From the NCBI GenBank assembly GCA_018061645.1, contig JAGOTT010000004.1:4784-68783 (forward strand): a DNA stretch of 64,000 nt, written 5' to 3'. The DNA comes from Candidatus Moraniibacteriota bacterium (GTDB lineage: Bacteria > Patescibacteriota > Minisyncoccia > Moranbacterales > UBA1568). Position numbers and translations under genes: made by a program. Below the pieces are notes generated by a model. It searched no databases, was not told where the DNA came from, and saw only the letters and a program-made list of their open reading frames with translations. This document shows, one piece after another, positions 53,721 to 63,552 of the stretch. Position 1 is the stretch's first letter; each line of letters starts with the position of its first letter.

Positions 53721-55253
53721 TCATCGCGCGACCTCGATCGAACGCATCTCGCGGGTCACGACGACACGGATCTCCCCGGGATATTTGAGCTCCTCCTGTA
53801 TGCGCCCGGCGATATCTTTCGCGAGCTTCGCAGCGGAAAGATCATCCGTCTTATCCGGATTCACGAACACACGGACCTCCCGACCGGCCTGGATCGCATA
53901 GGACTTCTCAACTTCCGGGAACGAATTGATGAGCGCCTCGAGTTCCTCAAGCCGCTTGATGTATTTCTCCGCGGTCTCTTTCCGGGCACCGGGACGCCCG
54001 GCGGAAATCGCATCCGCGGCGGTGACGATATAGGATTCGAGCGAGGAATGCGGGTATTCGTCGTGATGCGATTTCATCGCGTCGATGACCTCTTTCTGAA
54101 CGCCGAACTTCTCAAGGATACGGATACCGATGTTCACGTGCGTCCCTTCGATCTCGTGATCGACCGCCTTGCCGATATCATGGAGCAAGGCCGCCTTCTT
54201 CGCGACCGCGACGTTCCCTCCGAGTTCGGCCGCAAGCGCACCGGCGACATACGACATCTCAAGGGAATGCAGCAACACGTTCTGTTTGTAACTGTAACGG
54301 AACCGGAGTCTGCCGAGGATGTAGAGAAGCTTCGGATGCAGTCCCGCGACACCGGCCTCGAACGCGGCGGCTTCACCGGCCTCCTTGATGCGCTGATCGA
54401 CTTCCTTGCGCGCTTCTTCGACCGTCTCCTCGATGCGGGCCGGATGGATACGCCCGTCGGAGATGAGCTTCTCGAGGGCGATCTTCGCGACTTCGCGACG
54501 GACCGGGTCGAAACCGGAGATGAGCACCGATTCCGGCGTATCGTCGACGATGAGTTCGACGCCGGTCTCCTTCTCGAGCGCACGGATATTCCGACCCTCC
54601 TTTCCGATGATCTTTCCCTTGATATCGTCGGACGGGATCTGGACCGTCGTCGTCGTGAATTCGGAAACATGCGAACGGGAGTACTTCTGTATGACCATGC
54701 CCATCATGTTGAGTGCGCGCTCTTCGAGGGCTTCCTGCCCCTCGTGTTCGAGTTTCATGATACGGGACGCGATGACGTCCTTCCCCTCCTCCTCGACGAG
54801 CCGGAACACTTCCTTGCGCGCATCCTCCCTCGAGAGCTCCGCGATCCGCTCGAGCTTCTGAAGCTCTTCGTCCCGGAGATGTTCGGTTTCGGCCTGGATC
54901 GCACGGATATCGTCAGCCTTCTTGAGCAACACCTTCTTTTCCCGCTCGGTCTCCTCGAGACGGGAATCGAGCTGCTCCTCACGCTTCTCGAGCCGACGTT
55001 CCTGCCGCCGGTACTCTTCCTCACGGGCCTGAGCCTCTTTTTTCGCCTCATCAAGAATACTGACCGCCTTCTGTTTCGCCTCAAGCGTGATATCGGCCGA
55101 TTTTTTCTCGGCTTCCTCCACGAGTTTCGCGACTTTTCCCTCCGCGGTCGAAAGCTCCCGCTTCGCCATGGTCTGACGGGCAAGATATCCGAGCACGGAA
55201 CCGATTCCGACGGCTATGGTTCCGACGAGAAGCAACGTAATACTGACCACCAT
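53721..55253 (-). CDS. rny: ribonuclease Y
   Basis: N-terminal TM, coiled coil, KH domain, HD domain (LLHDIGKA). Confidence 0.9.
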   Translation of the reverse strand: MVVSITLLLVGTIAVGIGSVLGYLARQTMAKRELSTAEGKVAKLVEEAEKKSADITLEAKQKAVSILDEAKKEAQAREEEYRRQERRLEKREEQLDSRLEETEREKKVLLKKADDIRAIQAETEHLRDEELQKLERIAELSREDARKEVFRLVEEEGKDVIASRIMKLEHEGQEALEERALNMMGMVIQKYSRSHVSEFTTTTVQIPSDDIKGKIIGKEGRNIRALEKETGVELIVDDTPESVLISGFDPVRREVAKIALEKLISDGRIHPARIEETVEEARKEVDQRIKEAGEAAAFEAGVAGLHPKLLYILGRLRFRYSYKQNVLLHSLEMSYVAGALAAELGGNVAVAKKAALLHDIGKAVDHEIEGTHVNIGIRILEKFGVQKEVIDAMKSHHDEYPHSSLESYIVTAADAISAGRPGARKETAEKYIKRLEELEALINSFPEVEKSYAIQAGREVRVFVNPDKTDDLSAAKLAKDIAGRIQEELKYPGEIRVVVTREMRSIEVAR

Positions 55254-55535
55254 ATATATGGAGCCCGATCCCGACCAACGGAAGATTCCGCGCGTTTATG
55301 CCGCGGATGAAATGGACGAACAAAGCGAAAAGATGTCAGCCGCGCCGATCGGGGCTGCCTGTCGAGAAAATGCGTTTGATTCCGTAAGGGTTCCTTTCAT
55401 ATTCCGTCCGTGATCCGTTACCCGAGAAAGGGTGAAAACCAATGAGTTACATGCGGGGACATCATAGCCGAAACGAGGTCGTTTGTCAAAACGCTCGCTC
55501 TTCCTCTCAATGCCCGGAAGATGCTATAATCGGAA

Positions 55536-57137
55536 GTGCGAAATCCCGATAAAAAGAAAAACGTGTACCGACCCTTCGTGCTCGTCGTTCTGGACGGATG
55601 GGGACTCTCTTCCATGACCCAAGGAAACCCTGTCCGAGAAGCGAAGCTTCCCACCATCGACAAGCTGAACCGATTCTATCCACTGACCACGCTCCAGGCG
55701 TCCGGCATTTCCGTCGGGCTGCCTTGGAATACCGCCGGAAACAGCGAAGTCGGGCACATGACGATGGGCGCCGGACGGGTCATTTACCAGAACCTCCCCC
55801 GTATCGCGCTCTCCATCCAGGACGGCAGTTTCTTCAAAAACCCGGCTATTCTCGCCGCGATCGACAACGTGAAGCACAACGGAGGAAAACTGCACCTCAT
55901 GGGGCTCGTTGGCGCCGGATCCGTCCATTCGAGCAAGGAACATCTCTCCGCGCTGCTCCGGATCGCGAAAAACGAGGGTCTCGACCAGGTGTTCGTACAT
56001 GCGTTCACCGATGGCAGGGACTCACCGCCGACAGCGGGAACCCAGCATCTCCGCGATCTCGAACGGGAGATGATGATGATCGGCATCGGAAAGATCGCCA
56101 CCGTAAACGGCCGGAATTGGGCCATGGACCGGAACAACAACTGGGATCGGATCGAGAAGGCGTACCGGATGTTTACCGAAGGGAAAGGGGAACCGATCAC
56201 CGACCCGTCGCTCTATCTCGAGCAATCCTATGCAAAGGGAATAACGGACGAATATATCGAACCAGGAGTCGTGGTCGATGAGAACGGGAAGCCGATCACC
56301 CTCATCGAACCGAAGGACTCGGTCATATATTTCAATTTCCGGGAAGATCGGGCACGGGAAATGACCAAGGCATTCACGCTCCCCGGCTTCGAGAAATTCG
56401 ACCGACCGAAGTTTCCGGACATCCACTTCGTCACCATGACCGAATACGAACGCGACCTGCCGGTCACCGGTATCGCGTTCCCCCCGGAAAAAGTCGTGAA
56501 CAGTCTCGGAGAAACACTTTCGAATGCCGGAAAGAAACAGCTTCGTATCGCCGAAACCGAGAAGTACGCCCATGTCACGTATTTCTTCAATGGAGGCAAG
56601 GAACGCGCATTCCCGGGAGAAGACCGGCTCCTTATCCCGTCCCCGACCGTATCGAAGTTCGATGCGGTTCCGGAGATGAGTTCGGCGGAGGTCACGGAAA
56701 CCGTCATCCGGACGGTCGAGGAGAACCAGTACGATTTCATACTCGTCAATTATGCGAATCCGGATATGGTGGCGCACACCGGAAACGAGGAGGCGACCAT
56801 CGAGGCGCTCGAAGCGACCGACCGGTGTCTCGCGCTTCTCATCCCGGCGATACTCAAGGCGGGAGGAGCCATCATGATCACCTCCGACCACGGTAACGCG
56901 GAAGAGCTCAAGAAGGCCTCGACCGGAGAAATAGACACCGAACATTCGACGAACCCGATTCCCCTCTGGTACGCGACTCCGGAAAACCACCGGGAAAAGG
57001 ATGCCGGAACCATGATGCGCGAGCAGAACGAGGTCCGCGGACTCCTTTCCGATGTCGCTCCGACCGTGCTTGATGCCATGGAGATAGAGCAACCGACGGA
57101 AATGAACGGATCAAGCCTCCTGTCGATGCTGCAATAA
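55536..57137 (+). CDS. gpmI: 2,3-bisphosphoglycerate-independent phosphoglycerate mutase (alternative GTG start near 55560)
   Basis: VLVVLDGWG...metal-binding motifs. An extended -10 TGCTATAAT lies at about 55517-55525. Confidence 0.9.
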   Translation: MRNPDKKKNVYRPFVLVVLDGWGLSSMTQGNPVREAKLPTIDKLNRFYPLTTLQASGISVGLPWNTAGNSEVGHMTMGAGRVIYQNLPRIALSIQDGSFFKNPAILAAIDNVKHNGGKLHLMGLVGAGSVHSSKEHLSALLRIAKNEGLDQVFVHAFTDGRDSPPTAGTQHLRDLEREMMMIGIGKIATVNGRNWAMDRNNNWDRIEKAYRMFTEGKGEPITDPSLYLEQSYAKGITDEYIEPGVVVDENGKPITLIEPKDSVIYFNFREDRAREMTKAFTLPGFEKFDRPKFPDIHFVTMTEYERDLPVTGIAFPPEKVVNSLGETLSNAGKKQLRIAETEKYAHVTYFFNGGKERAFPGEDRLLIPSPTVSKFDAVPEMSSAEVTETVIRTVEENQYDFILVNYANPDMVAHTGNEEATIEALEATDRCLALLIPAILKAGGAIMITSDHGNAEELKKASTGEIDTEHSTNPIPLWYATPENHREKDAGTMMREQNEVRGLLSDVAPTVLDAMEIEQPTEMNGSSLLSMLQ

Positions 57138-57200
57138 AAGATGAGTGATGCATGATAAAAGATGCAAGGGGCCAAAAAATAGGACGGGATGACGCGCACT

Positions 57201-57227
57201 AAAAAAACAGGCTTCCACCTGTTTTTT
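57201..57227. terminator. bidirectional terminator between gpmI and clpP
   Basis: AAAAAAACAGG-CTTCCA-CCTGTTTTTT. Confidence 0.8.
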
Positions 57228-57266
57228 CGTTCCCTGCTCCCTGTTCCTTGTTCCTTGTCCCCTGCT

Positions 57267-57851
57267 CTATGAAATTACCTTGTCCACGATTCCGTAGATC
57301 TTCGCCTCGTCCGCCGACATGAAGTAGTCGCGGTCGGTGTCCCTCTCGATCTTCGCGAGTTTTTGTCCGGTGTGCTTGGCGAGCATCCGATTGAGCCGGT
57401 CGCGGGTCTTGAGGATATGTTTGGCATGAATCTCGACTTCCGTCGCCTGTCCCTGGGCTCCTCCCAGCACCTGATGGATCATCACTTCGCTGTTCGGAAG
57501 CGCCATGCGCTTGCCCTTCGCACCCGCCGCAAGCAGCACTGCACCCGCCGAAGCCGCGAGCCCGACGCAGATCGTCGAGACGTCGGCACGGACATACTGC
57601 ATCGTGTCATAGATCGCGAGCGCCGAAGTCACCGACCCGCCGGGCGAGTTGATATACATGCGGATATCCTCCTTCGGACTCTGCGAATCGAGGAAGAGGA
57701 GCTGCGCGATGACGATATTCGCCGCGTCGTCATCGATCGGCGACCCGAGGAAGATGATCCTGTCCTTGAGGAGCCGGGAATAGATATCGTACGACCGCTC
57801 CCCCATGCTCGTCTTCTCGACGACCATCGGGATGAGATAGTTGTTTTGCAT
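57267..57851 (-). CDS. clpP: ATP-dependent Clp protease proteolytic subunit
   Basis: ...[14 protein letters not shown]...MIHQVLGG... Confidence 0.95.
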   Translation of the reverse strand: MQNNYLIPMVVEKTSMGERSYDIYSRLLKDRIIFLGSPIDDDAANIVIAQLLFLDSQSPKEDIRMYINSPGGSVTSALAIYDTMQYVRADVSTICVGLAASAGAVLLAAGAKGKRMALPNSEVMIHQVLGGAQGQATEVEIHAKHILKTRDRLNRMLAKHTGQKLAKIERDTDRDYFMSADEAKIYGIVDKVIS

Positions 57852-57862
57852 ACCGCTGTCGT

Positions 57863-57887
57863 GACAGGCGACACGGGACAGGCGACA
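57863..57887 (-). promoter_or_regulatory. direct-repeat operator-like site immediately upstream of clpP
   Basis: On the plus strand, GACAGGCGACA-cgg-GACAGGCGACA. On the clpP sense strand, TGTCGCCTGTC-ccg-TGTCGCCTGTC. It ends 12 nt before the clpP ATG. Confidence 0.45.
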
Positions 57888-57935
57888 TGGGAATCTTTGC
57901 GTTCCTTGTTCCTTGTTCCTTGTTCCTTGTCTCTG

Positions 57936-59249
57936 TTAAAGATTCTCCAAGAGCTCGAAGAGTTTCTCGTTGCGAAGCCTCGACCGAGCGGCATCGTAGA
58001 TCGCGGCAAGATCGAGATCCTTTTCCGCCTTTTCGATGCTCTTCGCGTACGCGAGCACCTTGTTCATCTCCGCTTCGATCTCTTCCTGGACCGCCTCGAT
58101 CTCCCTCTCCTTGGCGATCATATCGAGCGCGAGTCCGGACAGTATCCGCTTCTCGGCCTGCGGGCGCCATTCGTTCGCGAGATCCTTCTCGGTCTTCTTT
58201 CCGCGGGCGAGATAATCCTCAAGGGTCATTCCCGCCATCGCCGCCTGGCTTCCGAACTCGGAAATCATGCGTCGGAGCTCCCCCTCGACGAGCGCCTCGG
58301 GGATTTCGGCTTCCGCTTCCCCGAGAATGGCCTCGAGGATCGCGATGCGGCGCTTCTCCTTGGCCTCGTTCTCCTTCTCTATCCGCATTCCCTCGGCCAC
58401 GTTCTCACGAAGTTTCGCGATGCTCTCGAATTTACCGAGTGAGGATGCGAACGCGTCGTCGAGTTCCGGTATCTGACGTTCCTGCACGCCGATCACTTTC
58501 ACATGGAAATCCGCCGGCTTTCCGGCAAGCATCCCGATATGGTATTTCTCCGGAAACGTGAGACTGACCGTTTTTTCCTCTCCTTCTTTCATACCGAGAA
58601 TCGCCTCCTCGAATCCGGGGATGAAAGCGCCTTTTCCGAGAACGATCGGGTGTTTTTTGCTCGTTCCGCCCTCGATCGGCACGCCACCCTGCCGCACGAC
58701 GAAATCGACGAGAACGACATCGCTCTCCCTCGCCTCACGCGCGACCGCTACCTGCTTGGCGCGGGATTCGGCGATATCGCGGAGCGCCTTCTCGACATCC
58801 TCCGCGGAAACCTCGTGCTTCGCCTTCCGATGATCCTCGTTCACGGACTTCACTTTCTTTTCCCACGGACGGATCGTGACATCCGGCATGACCGCGGTCG
58901 TCACCGTGAATCGGAGCGATTCGCCGTCCTTCACTTCATCGAGACGGACCTCGGGTTTCCCGATCGCGTCCACCTTCGATTGTTCGAGTGCCGCCGGATA
59001 TAGATGATCGATAGCGTGTTCCGCCCCCTCGATGAGTACGGTCGCCTTTCCGAGACGCTTCTCGAGCATCGCGCGCGGCGCCTTCCCGGGACGGAATCCT
59101 TCGACCTTGATCTCGCTCGCGAGATGCTGCGCGGCATGGTCGATCTCGCCTTTCCACTCGTCCCACGGAACCGAGATTTCCATCTCGACCCGTGATTTCG
59201 GCAGCTTTGTCACCTTGATATCCATATTCGTAAAAAGTTCAAATATCAA
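57936..59249 (-). CDS. tig: trigger factor
   Basis: 437 aa at the conserved tig-clpP position. Confidence 0.9.
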   Translation of the reverse strand: MIFELFTNMDIKVTKLPKSRVEMEISVPWDEWKGEIDHAAQHLASEIKVEGFRPGKAPRAMLEKRLGKATVLIEGAEHAIDHLYPAALEQSKVDAIGKPEVRLDEVKDGESLRFTVTTAVMPDVTIRPWEKKVKSVNEDHRKAKHEVSAEDVEKALRDIAESRAKQVAVAREARESDVVLVDFVVRQGGVPIEGGTSKKHPIVLGKGAFIPGFEEAILGMKEGEEKTVSLTFPEKYHIGMLAGKPADFHVKVIGVQERQIPELDDAFASSLGKFESIAKLRENVAEGMRIEKENEAKEKRRIAILEAILGEAEAEIPEALVEGELRRMISEFGSQAAMAGMTLEDYLARGKKTEKDLANEWRPQAEKRILSGLALDMIAKEREIEAVQEEIEAEMNKVLAYAKSIEKAEKDLDLAAIYDAARSRLRNEKLFELLENL

Positions 59250-59338
59250 AATTCAAATTTCAAACCAATGCCGAATGACAGAATTTCAAATTTCGGATTT
59301 TCCGACTTGATTTGAAATTTGTTATTTGGATTTTGGCA

Positions 59339-59878
59339 TTATGCGGACTTTTTGAATTTGTCCGCATATAGTTTGAGTCCTTTCTTCACCGCCGCAAGCG
59401 CGTCTTTCTTTCCTCTGAAACCCTTCACCGTGACCGTCTTCCCCTTCTCGATCGACTTGTAGGTCTCGAAGAAATGTTGGATCTCCTTGAGCGTATGCGT
59501 GTTGATATCGGAAAGGTTCTTCACCTCGTCCCATCGCGGGTCGCTTTTCGGCACGGCGATGATCTTGTCGTCGCCCTCGCCGCAGTCGACCATTCCCATG
59601 ACCGCGATCGGCCGTGCCTCGACGAGAATGCCGCAGGCAAGCGGATAGGTCGTAAGAAGGACGACATCGAGCGCGTCCCCGTCGTCCCAGAGCGACTGCG
59701 GGACGAATCCGTAGTCGAAGGGGTAGTCCTGACTCGTCTTCATCGCGCGGTCGAGCTTGATGAGGCCGGTTTCCTTGTCGATCTCATACTTGTTCTTCGT
59801 GCCCTTGGGACATTCGATGATGACGTTGATGATGTCCGGAGTCTTGTCACCGGATGAGATTTCGTGCCAGAGGTTCAT
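59339..59878 (-). CDS. ppa: inorganic pyrophosphatase
   Basis: ...DGDALDVVLL...family I PPase motifs. The terminator hairpin GCGGAC-N11-GTCCGC overlaps the last 8 codons. Confidence 0.9.
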   Translation of the reverse strand: MNLWHEISSGDKTPDIINVIIECPKGTKNKYEIDKETGLIKLDRAMKTSQDYPFDYGFVPQSLWDDGDALDVVLLTTYPLACGILVEARPIAVMGMVDCGEGDDKIIAVPKSDPRWDEVKNLSDINTHTLKEIQHFFETYKSIEKGKTVTVKGFRGKKDALAAVKKGLKLYADKFKKSA

Positions 59879-59929
59879 AGTGGAGAAGAATGAAGAATTA
59901 TGAATGAAGAATGAAGTCTTCGGAACGGA

Positions 59930-61288
59930 CTATTCCGATTTCTTTTCGGAATCGGCTTCCGGAGATGCTGCCGTCGGTTCAGCCGTTTCCGCAACGGACT
60001 CGGCAGGGACTTCGTCGGCATCGGCAGAGGCTTCCTCCATGGAAACGGCACCGACACCGGCTTCGGTCGCGGAGACGACGTCGATCCGACAGGAAACGAG
60101 TTTCGCGGCGAGACGGACATTCTGTCCGCGCTTGCCGATCGCGAGCGACAGCTGATCGTCCGGGACGACCACCTTCGCGCGCTTCCCGCTTTCGTCATCA
60201 TGTACCAGGACGGAGACGACTTTCGCCGGGCTCATCGCCGCGGTGACGAACTTCTCGAAATCCTCGTTCCACTCGATGATGTCGATCTTCTCGCCGCCGA
60301 GTTCGTCGATCACCGCCTGGACACGGGTGCCTTTCTGTCCGACGCAGGAGCCGATTGGATCGATGCCTTCCTGATTGGTCGAGACGGCGATCTTCGTGCG
60401 TGCTCCCGCCTCGCGGGCGATCGCCTTGATTTCGACGGTTCCCGCGAATATCTCCGGGACCTCGAGCGAGAAGAGATGCCGCACCATGTCCGGATGCGAC
60501 CGTGACAGCACGATACCGGGACCTTTCGGATCCTCCGCGACACGGGAAATGAGGACCTTGATATGCTGACCGGTGCGATAGCTCTCGCCTTCCACCTGCT
60601 CCGACGGAAACAGGATACCGACGGATTTCCCGAGATCGACGAACACGTTGCGCCCCTCGACGCGCTGGACCATGCCGGAAACGACCTCGCCCTCGCGATC
60701 CTTATACTCGTCGTACATGGTCTGCCGTTCCGCCTCGCGGAGCCGCTGGATGATGACCTGCTTCGCGGTCTGTGCCGCCACACGCCCGAAATCCTCGTGC
60801 GGGGGAAGTTTGATCTCGACGATATCGCCGACCTTCGCGCCCTTCTTCCAGAGATTCGCCTCATCGACGGTCAGATCGCGTTCCGGGTTATATCGCGGAA
60901 GCCGATCCTCGTCGACAGCATCTTTCGCCTCATCCTCGATACGGGTCGAACGACGGAACTCCGCCTCCTGCGCCTCGGTTTTCGCCTCCGCGTCCTCGTC
61001 CGTCTCCAGGACGAATTCACGGGTCGTCTCATCGACGACCTCCTTCACGAGAAAATACGCGGCGGTTTTCGTCACCTCGTCGAACTTCGCGTGGATGACC
61101 TGGCTCTTCTTGCCGTAGTCCTTCTTGTATGCGGCGGAGAGGGCGGCTTCCACCACTTCGATCACCTTCTCCTTCGGTAAGCCCTTCTCATCGACGATCT
61201 GCATGATCGCACTTCCGAACTCCCCGAGCCGTCCGGAGAGACTCTCCTGCTCCTCCGGCTTCTCCTCGACTATTTTCCTCTTCGCCAT
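59930..61288 (-). CDS. nusA: transcription termination/antitermination factor NusA, with an acidic insertion and an acidic C-terminal tail
   Basis: S1 domain plus two KH domains (GSCVGQKGTRVQAV..., AIGKRGQNVRLAAKL). Confidence 0.9.
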   Translation of the reverse strand: MAKRKIVEEKPEEQESLSGRLGEFGSAIMQIVDEKGLPKEKVIEVVEAALSAAYKKDYGKKSQVIHAKFDEVTKTAAYFLVKEVVDETTREFVLETDEDAEAKTEAQEAEFRRSTRIEDEAKDAVDEDRLPRYNPERDLTVDEANLWKKGAKVGDIVEIKLPPHEDFGRVAAQTAKQVIIQRLREAERQTMYDEYKDREGEVVSGMVQRVEGRNVFVDLGKSVGILFPSEQVEGESYRTGQHIKVLISRVAEDPKGPGIVLSRSHPDMVRHLFSLEVPEIFAGTVEIKAIAREAGARTKIAVSTNQEGIDPIGSCVGQKGTRVQAVIDELGGEKIDIIEWNEDFEKFVTAAMSPAKVVSVLVHDDESGKRAKVVVPDDQLSLAIGKRGQNVRLAAKLVSCRIDVVSATEAGVGAVSMEEASADADEVPAESVAETAEPTAASPEADSEKKSE

Positions 61289-61621
61289 AAAATGGAAACT
61301 TTAAAATTAAAAAATCAAAGCGAAAAATTCAGGTATCCGCTTTTGGCGGATTCGACAATTTTTCATTTTGAGATTTCAATTTTTCATTAAAAAAGGCCCG
61401 CCATACAAGCGAACCATCCATCACCATCAGAACTGTACCCGTAGTATAGGTGAAAACGGACGAAATGTCAAACACGACTGACTCCAGATAATCAATACTA
61501 TCATCATACGATACCCGCAAAGATAGAACCCTCGCCTCGTAAAACGGAGGTGTTGAAGCCATTGAAAACAAATGGGATATCAAGCATCGGATTCAGTTCT
61601 TTCTAGTTCCCAGACCGCATC

Positions 61622-61669
61622 GATACCGTTAACAAAAGTCTGCGGTCGCAGACTTTTGTTAACGGTATC
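61622..61669. repeat. 48-nt perfect palindrome
   Basis: GATACCGTTAACAAAAGTCTGCG-gt-CGCAGACTTTTGTTAACGGTATC. The right arm recurs at 62381-62403. Confidence 0.8.
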
Positions 61670-61691
61670 CGGATATCCCAAACTAGCAGCG

Positions 61692-62297
61692 TCAGGATTC
61701 GATTCCAAAACGATCCTTCAACTCCCGATCATTCTCTATAGAATCTGCCACGATATACAGCACGTCACGGCCGACATGGAATTCAGTTTTGAGCAGTGAA
61801 ACAAGCTCCTCCGACTCGTACGGCGATACCCAGACGCTGTCTTGCAACCGGATGAACCCGAAACTCGCGATCTCATCGCGCCAACGATCACGTGCATATC
61901 GGCGGGTTTCCTGTATATCAAATATGACTAACCGCCACTTGCCGTCCCATCGTTTTTTCTTGAGAGCATTTTCCTTCAGACGATATTTGAGAAGCTGCCT
62001 CTCCCCTGCTTCCGTCAATCGGTAAAATATCTTCCCATTCTCATGAACCGTTTCCACAAACCCCTTCTTTTTGAGCCGTCCGATAGCGGTTTTTGCATAG
62101 CTCCGATATCCGCGTTCTTCGTCTTTCGTCATTACATACAGCTTACCGATCGCTCCGATGACATTCGGCGCCACCAAAGCAGACGCAAGTAATCCGGCTC
62201 CAGCGACACCGAAAAGCAGCATCTTCTGTATTTCAAGACGTCTTTCTTTCTTTTCCGAAAGCGAATCAGCTTCGGCAAACTCCATATTCTCTTCCAT
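61692..62297 (-). CDS. PaaX-C-like domain protein with an N-terminal TM segment (putative regulator)
   Basis: ...WDGKWRLVIFDIQETRRYARDRWRDEIASFGFIRLQDSVWVSPY. GC is about 50%, against about 60% in the neighbouring genes. Confidence 0.45.
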   Translation of the reverse strand: MEENMEFAEADSLSEKKERRLEIQKMLLFGVAGAGLLASALVAPNVIGAIGKLYVMTKDEERGYRSYAKTAIGRLKKKGFVETVHENGKIFYRLTEAGERQLLKYRLKENALKKKRWDGKWRLVIFDIQETRRYARDRWRDEIASFGFIRLQDSVWVSPYESEELVSLLKTEFHVGRDVLYIVADSIENDRELKDRFGIES

Positions 62298-62380
62298 ACA
62301 AAATTCGTCTCAACCCAGAATTTTAAAGATTTTCCAAATATAATATCCACATTCTCCAACCGCAAACAATATACCACGAC

Positions 62381-62403
62381 CGCAGACTTTTGTTAACGGT
62401 ATC
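62381..62403. repeat. 23-nt direct repeat copy of the palindrome arm
   Basis: CGCAGACTTTTGTTAACGGTATC, identical to 61647-61669. Confidence 0.8.
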
Positions 62404-62519
62404 GATATTTTAGCTTTATAAAAGGGAAATTTTGTGATTCTTTCTGAATTATTTTTTTCTTTACTTGAGCCATTTTCCTGAAATATGGCTTTATGAAGCT
62501 ATTATTCGGTTACTGATAT

Positions 62520-62548
62520 TTGACTTTTCCGTAAAAATATGCTATACT
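62520..62548 (+). promoter_or_regulatory. near-consensus sigma70 promoter in an AT-rich tract
   Basis: TTGACT, a 17-nt spacer, then TATACT. An ~80-nt leader with a GCCCG...CGGGC stem follows, then AGGAGAAAAACC-ATG. Confidence 0.6.
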
Positions 62549-62630
62549 GTACCGTTATGGATTAAGGAGCCCGCTAGGCACCACCCATGACGGGCACATT
62601 GAAAATTTTATAGACCACAGGAGAAAAACC

Positions 62631-63542
62631 ATGTTCAAATGGCTGAATGACATACATTTCATGTCGCTGCTTGATCTGTTCCAGATGCTTGGGAGCAAAT
62701 TAGGAAAAGCGACGACAGAAGAGAAGAAGGCGGATGGATCCGATTCGGCAAAAACCGATAAAGACCTCCCGACAAACCTCTTCACCGAGAAGTTCACGCA
62801 AGTGGACAATTCGTACTGGGAATATATTCTCTCACTGCTTCCTCTCGATGTCTACAAGACCGTCCGGAAGCTTACCGACCGGATGAGCGAGAAAGACAAA
62901 GCCGACGAAGGAAGCCGCGCCGACTCGTTCCGCATCGGGACACTCCTCATGCCGAACAAGATCACCGAAGAGGTGATCGAGAAAACCGTCCCCGGACAAC
63001 AGGGACAGGGAGGCAAGGGCGGCGGCGCGAAAAAGGAAACGACGACCAAGAGAACCGACACCCGGTTTGATCCGGACAAGGATTCGCGGATCCTGTATCT
63101 GACACGCCTCCATGAAGTCACCATCGATCTCATAGGTGCGGGACAAACCGAAGCCGATGTTATTGATTCGGTCATCGACCATCTCGAAAAAAGTGGCTTC
63201 CTTTCGACGGACTCGCTCAAACGGAAGGCCGAGGAGTTGTTCGGCAAAGGGAAAGAGTTGGCGAAAGAGGTTTCCCACAAAGCCAAGCTCGCGTCGTATC
63301 ATTTGTTCCTTGGGAACGAATACGACGAGGTAGTTCGCGGACGGGATACAGGCAAACCCGACAAGGATCTCGAAAAAGATCTCTCGGATGCGCTCGTTTC
63401 CAAGACCGCCCGCGACCGTCGCGAGCTGAAACAAGCGAAACGGGATCGCATCCTGCACGCCAAACCGAAAGCACTCGGCATCATCATCGGCCTCATGGCG
63501 GCGATGATCGCCGCCATGAGTCTCATTCAGTTCTTGAAATAG
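62631..63542 (+). CDS. hypothetical Lys/Glu/Asp-rich tail-anchored membrane protein
   Basis: 303 aa, hydrophilic, with a C-terminal TM (ALGIIIGLMAAMIAAMSLIQFL). Strong SD and promoter. Confidence 0.55.
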   Translation: MFKWLNDIHFMSLLDLFQMLGSKLGKATTEEKKADGSDSAKTDKDLPTNLFTEKFTQVDNSYWEYILSLLPLDVYKTVRKLTDRMSEKDKADEGSRADSFRIGTLLMPNKITEEVIEKTVPGQQGQGGKGGGAKKETTTKRTDTRFDPDKDSRILYLTRLHEVTIDLIGAGQTEADVIDSVIDHLEKSGFLSTDSLKRKAEELFGKGKELAKEVSHKAKLASYHLFLGNEYDEVVRGRDTGKPDKDLEKDLSDALVSKTARDRRELKQAKRDRILHAKPKALGIIIGLMAAMIAAMSLIQFLK

Positions 63543-63552
63543 GAGAAAGAAA

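Noticed and set aside
61329-61583. 84-aa minus-strand ORF in the nusA upstream region
   Set aside because: No RBS and atypical composition. The region is more likely regulatory or leader sequence (rimP is absent).
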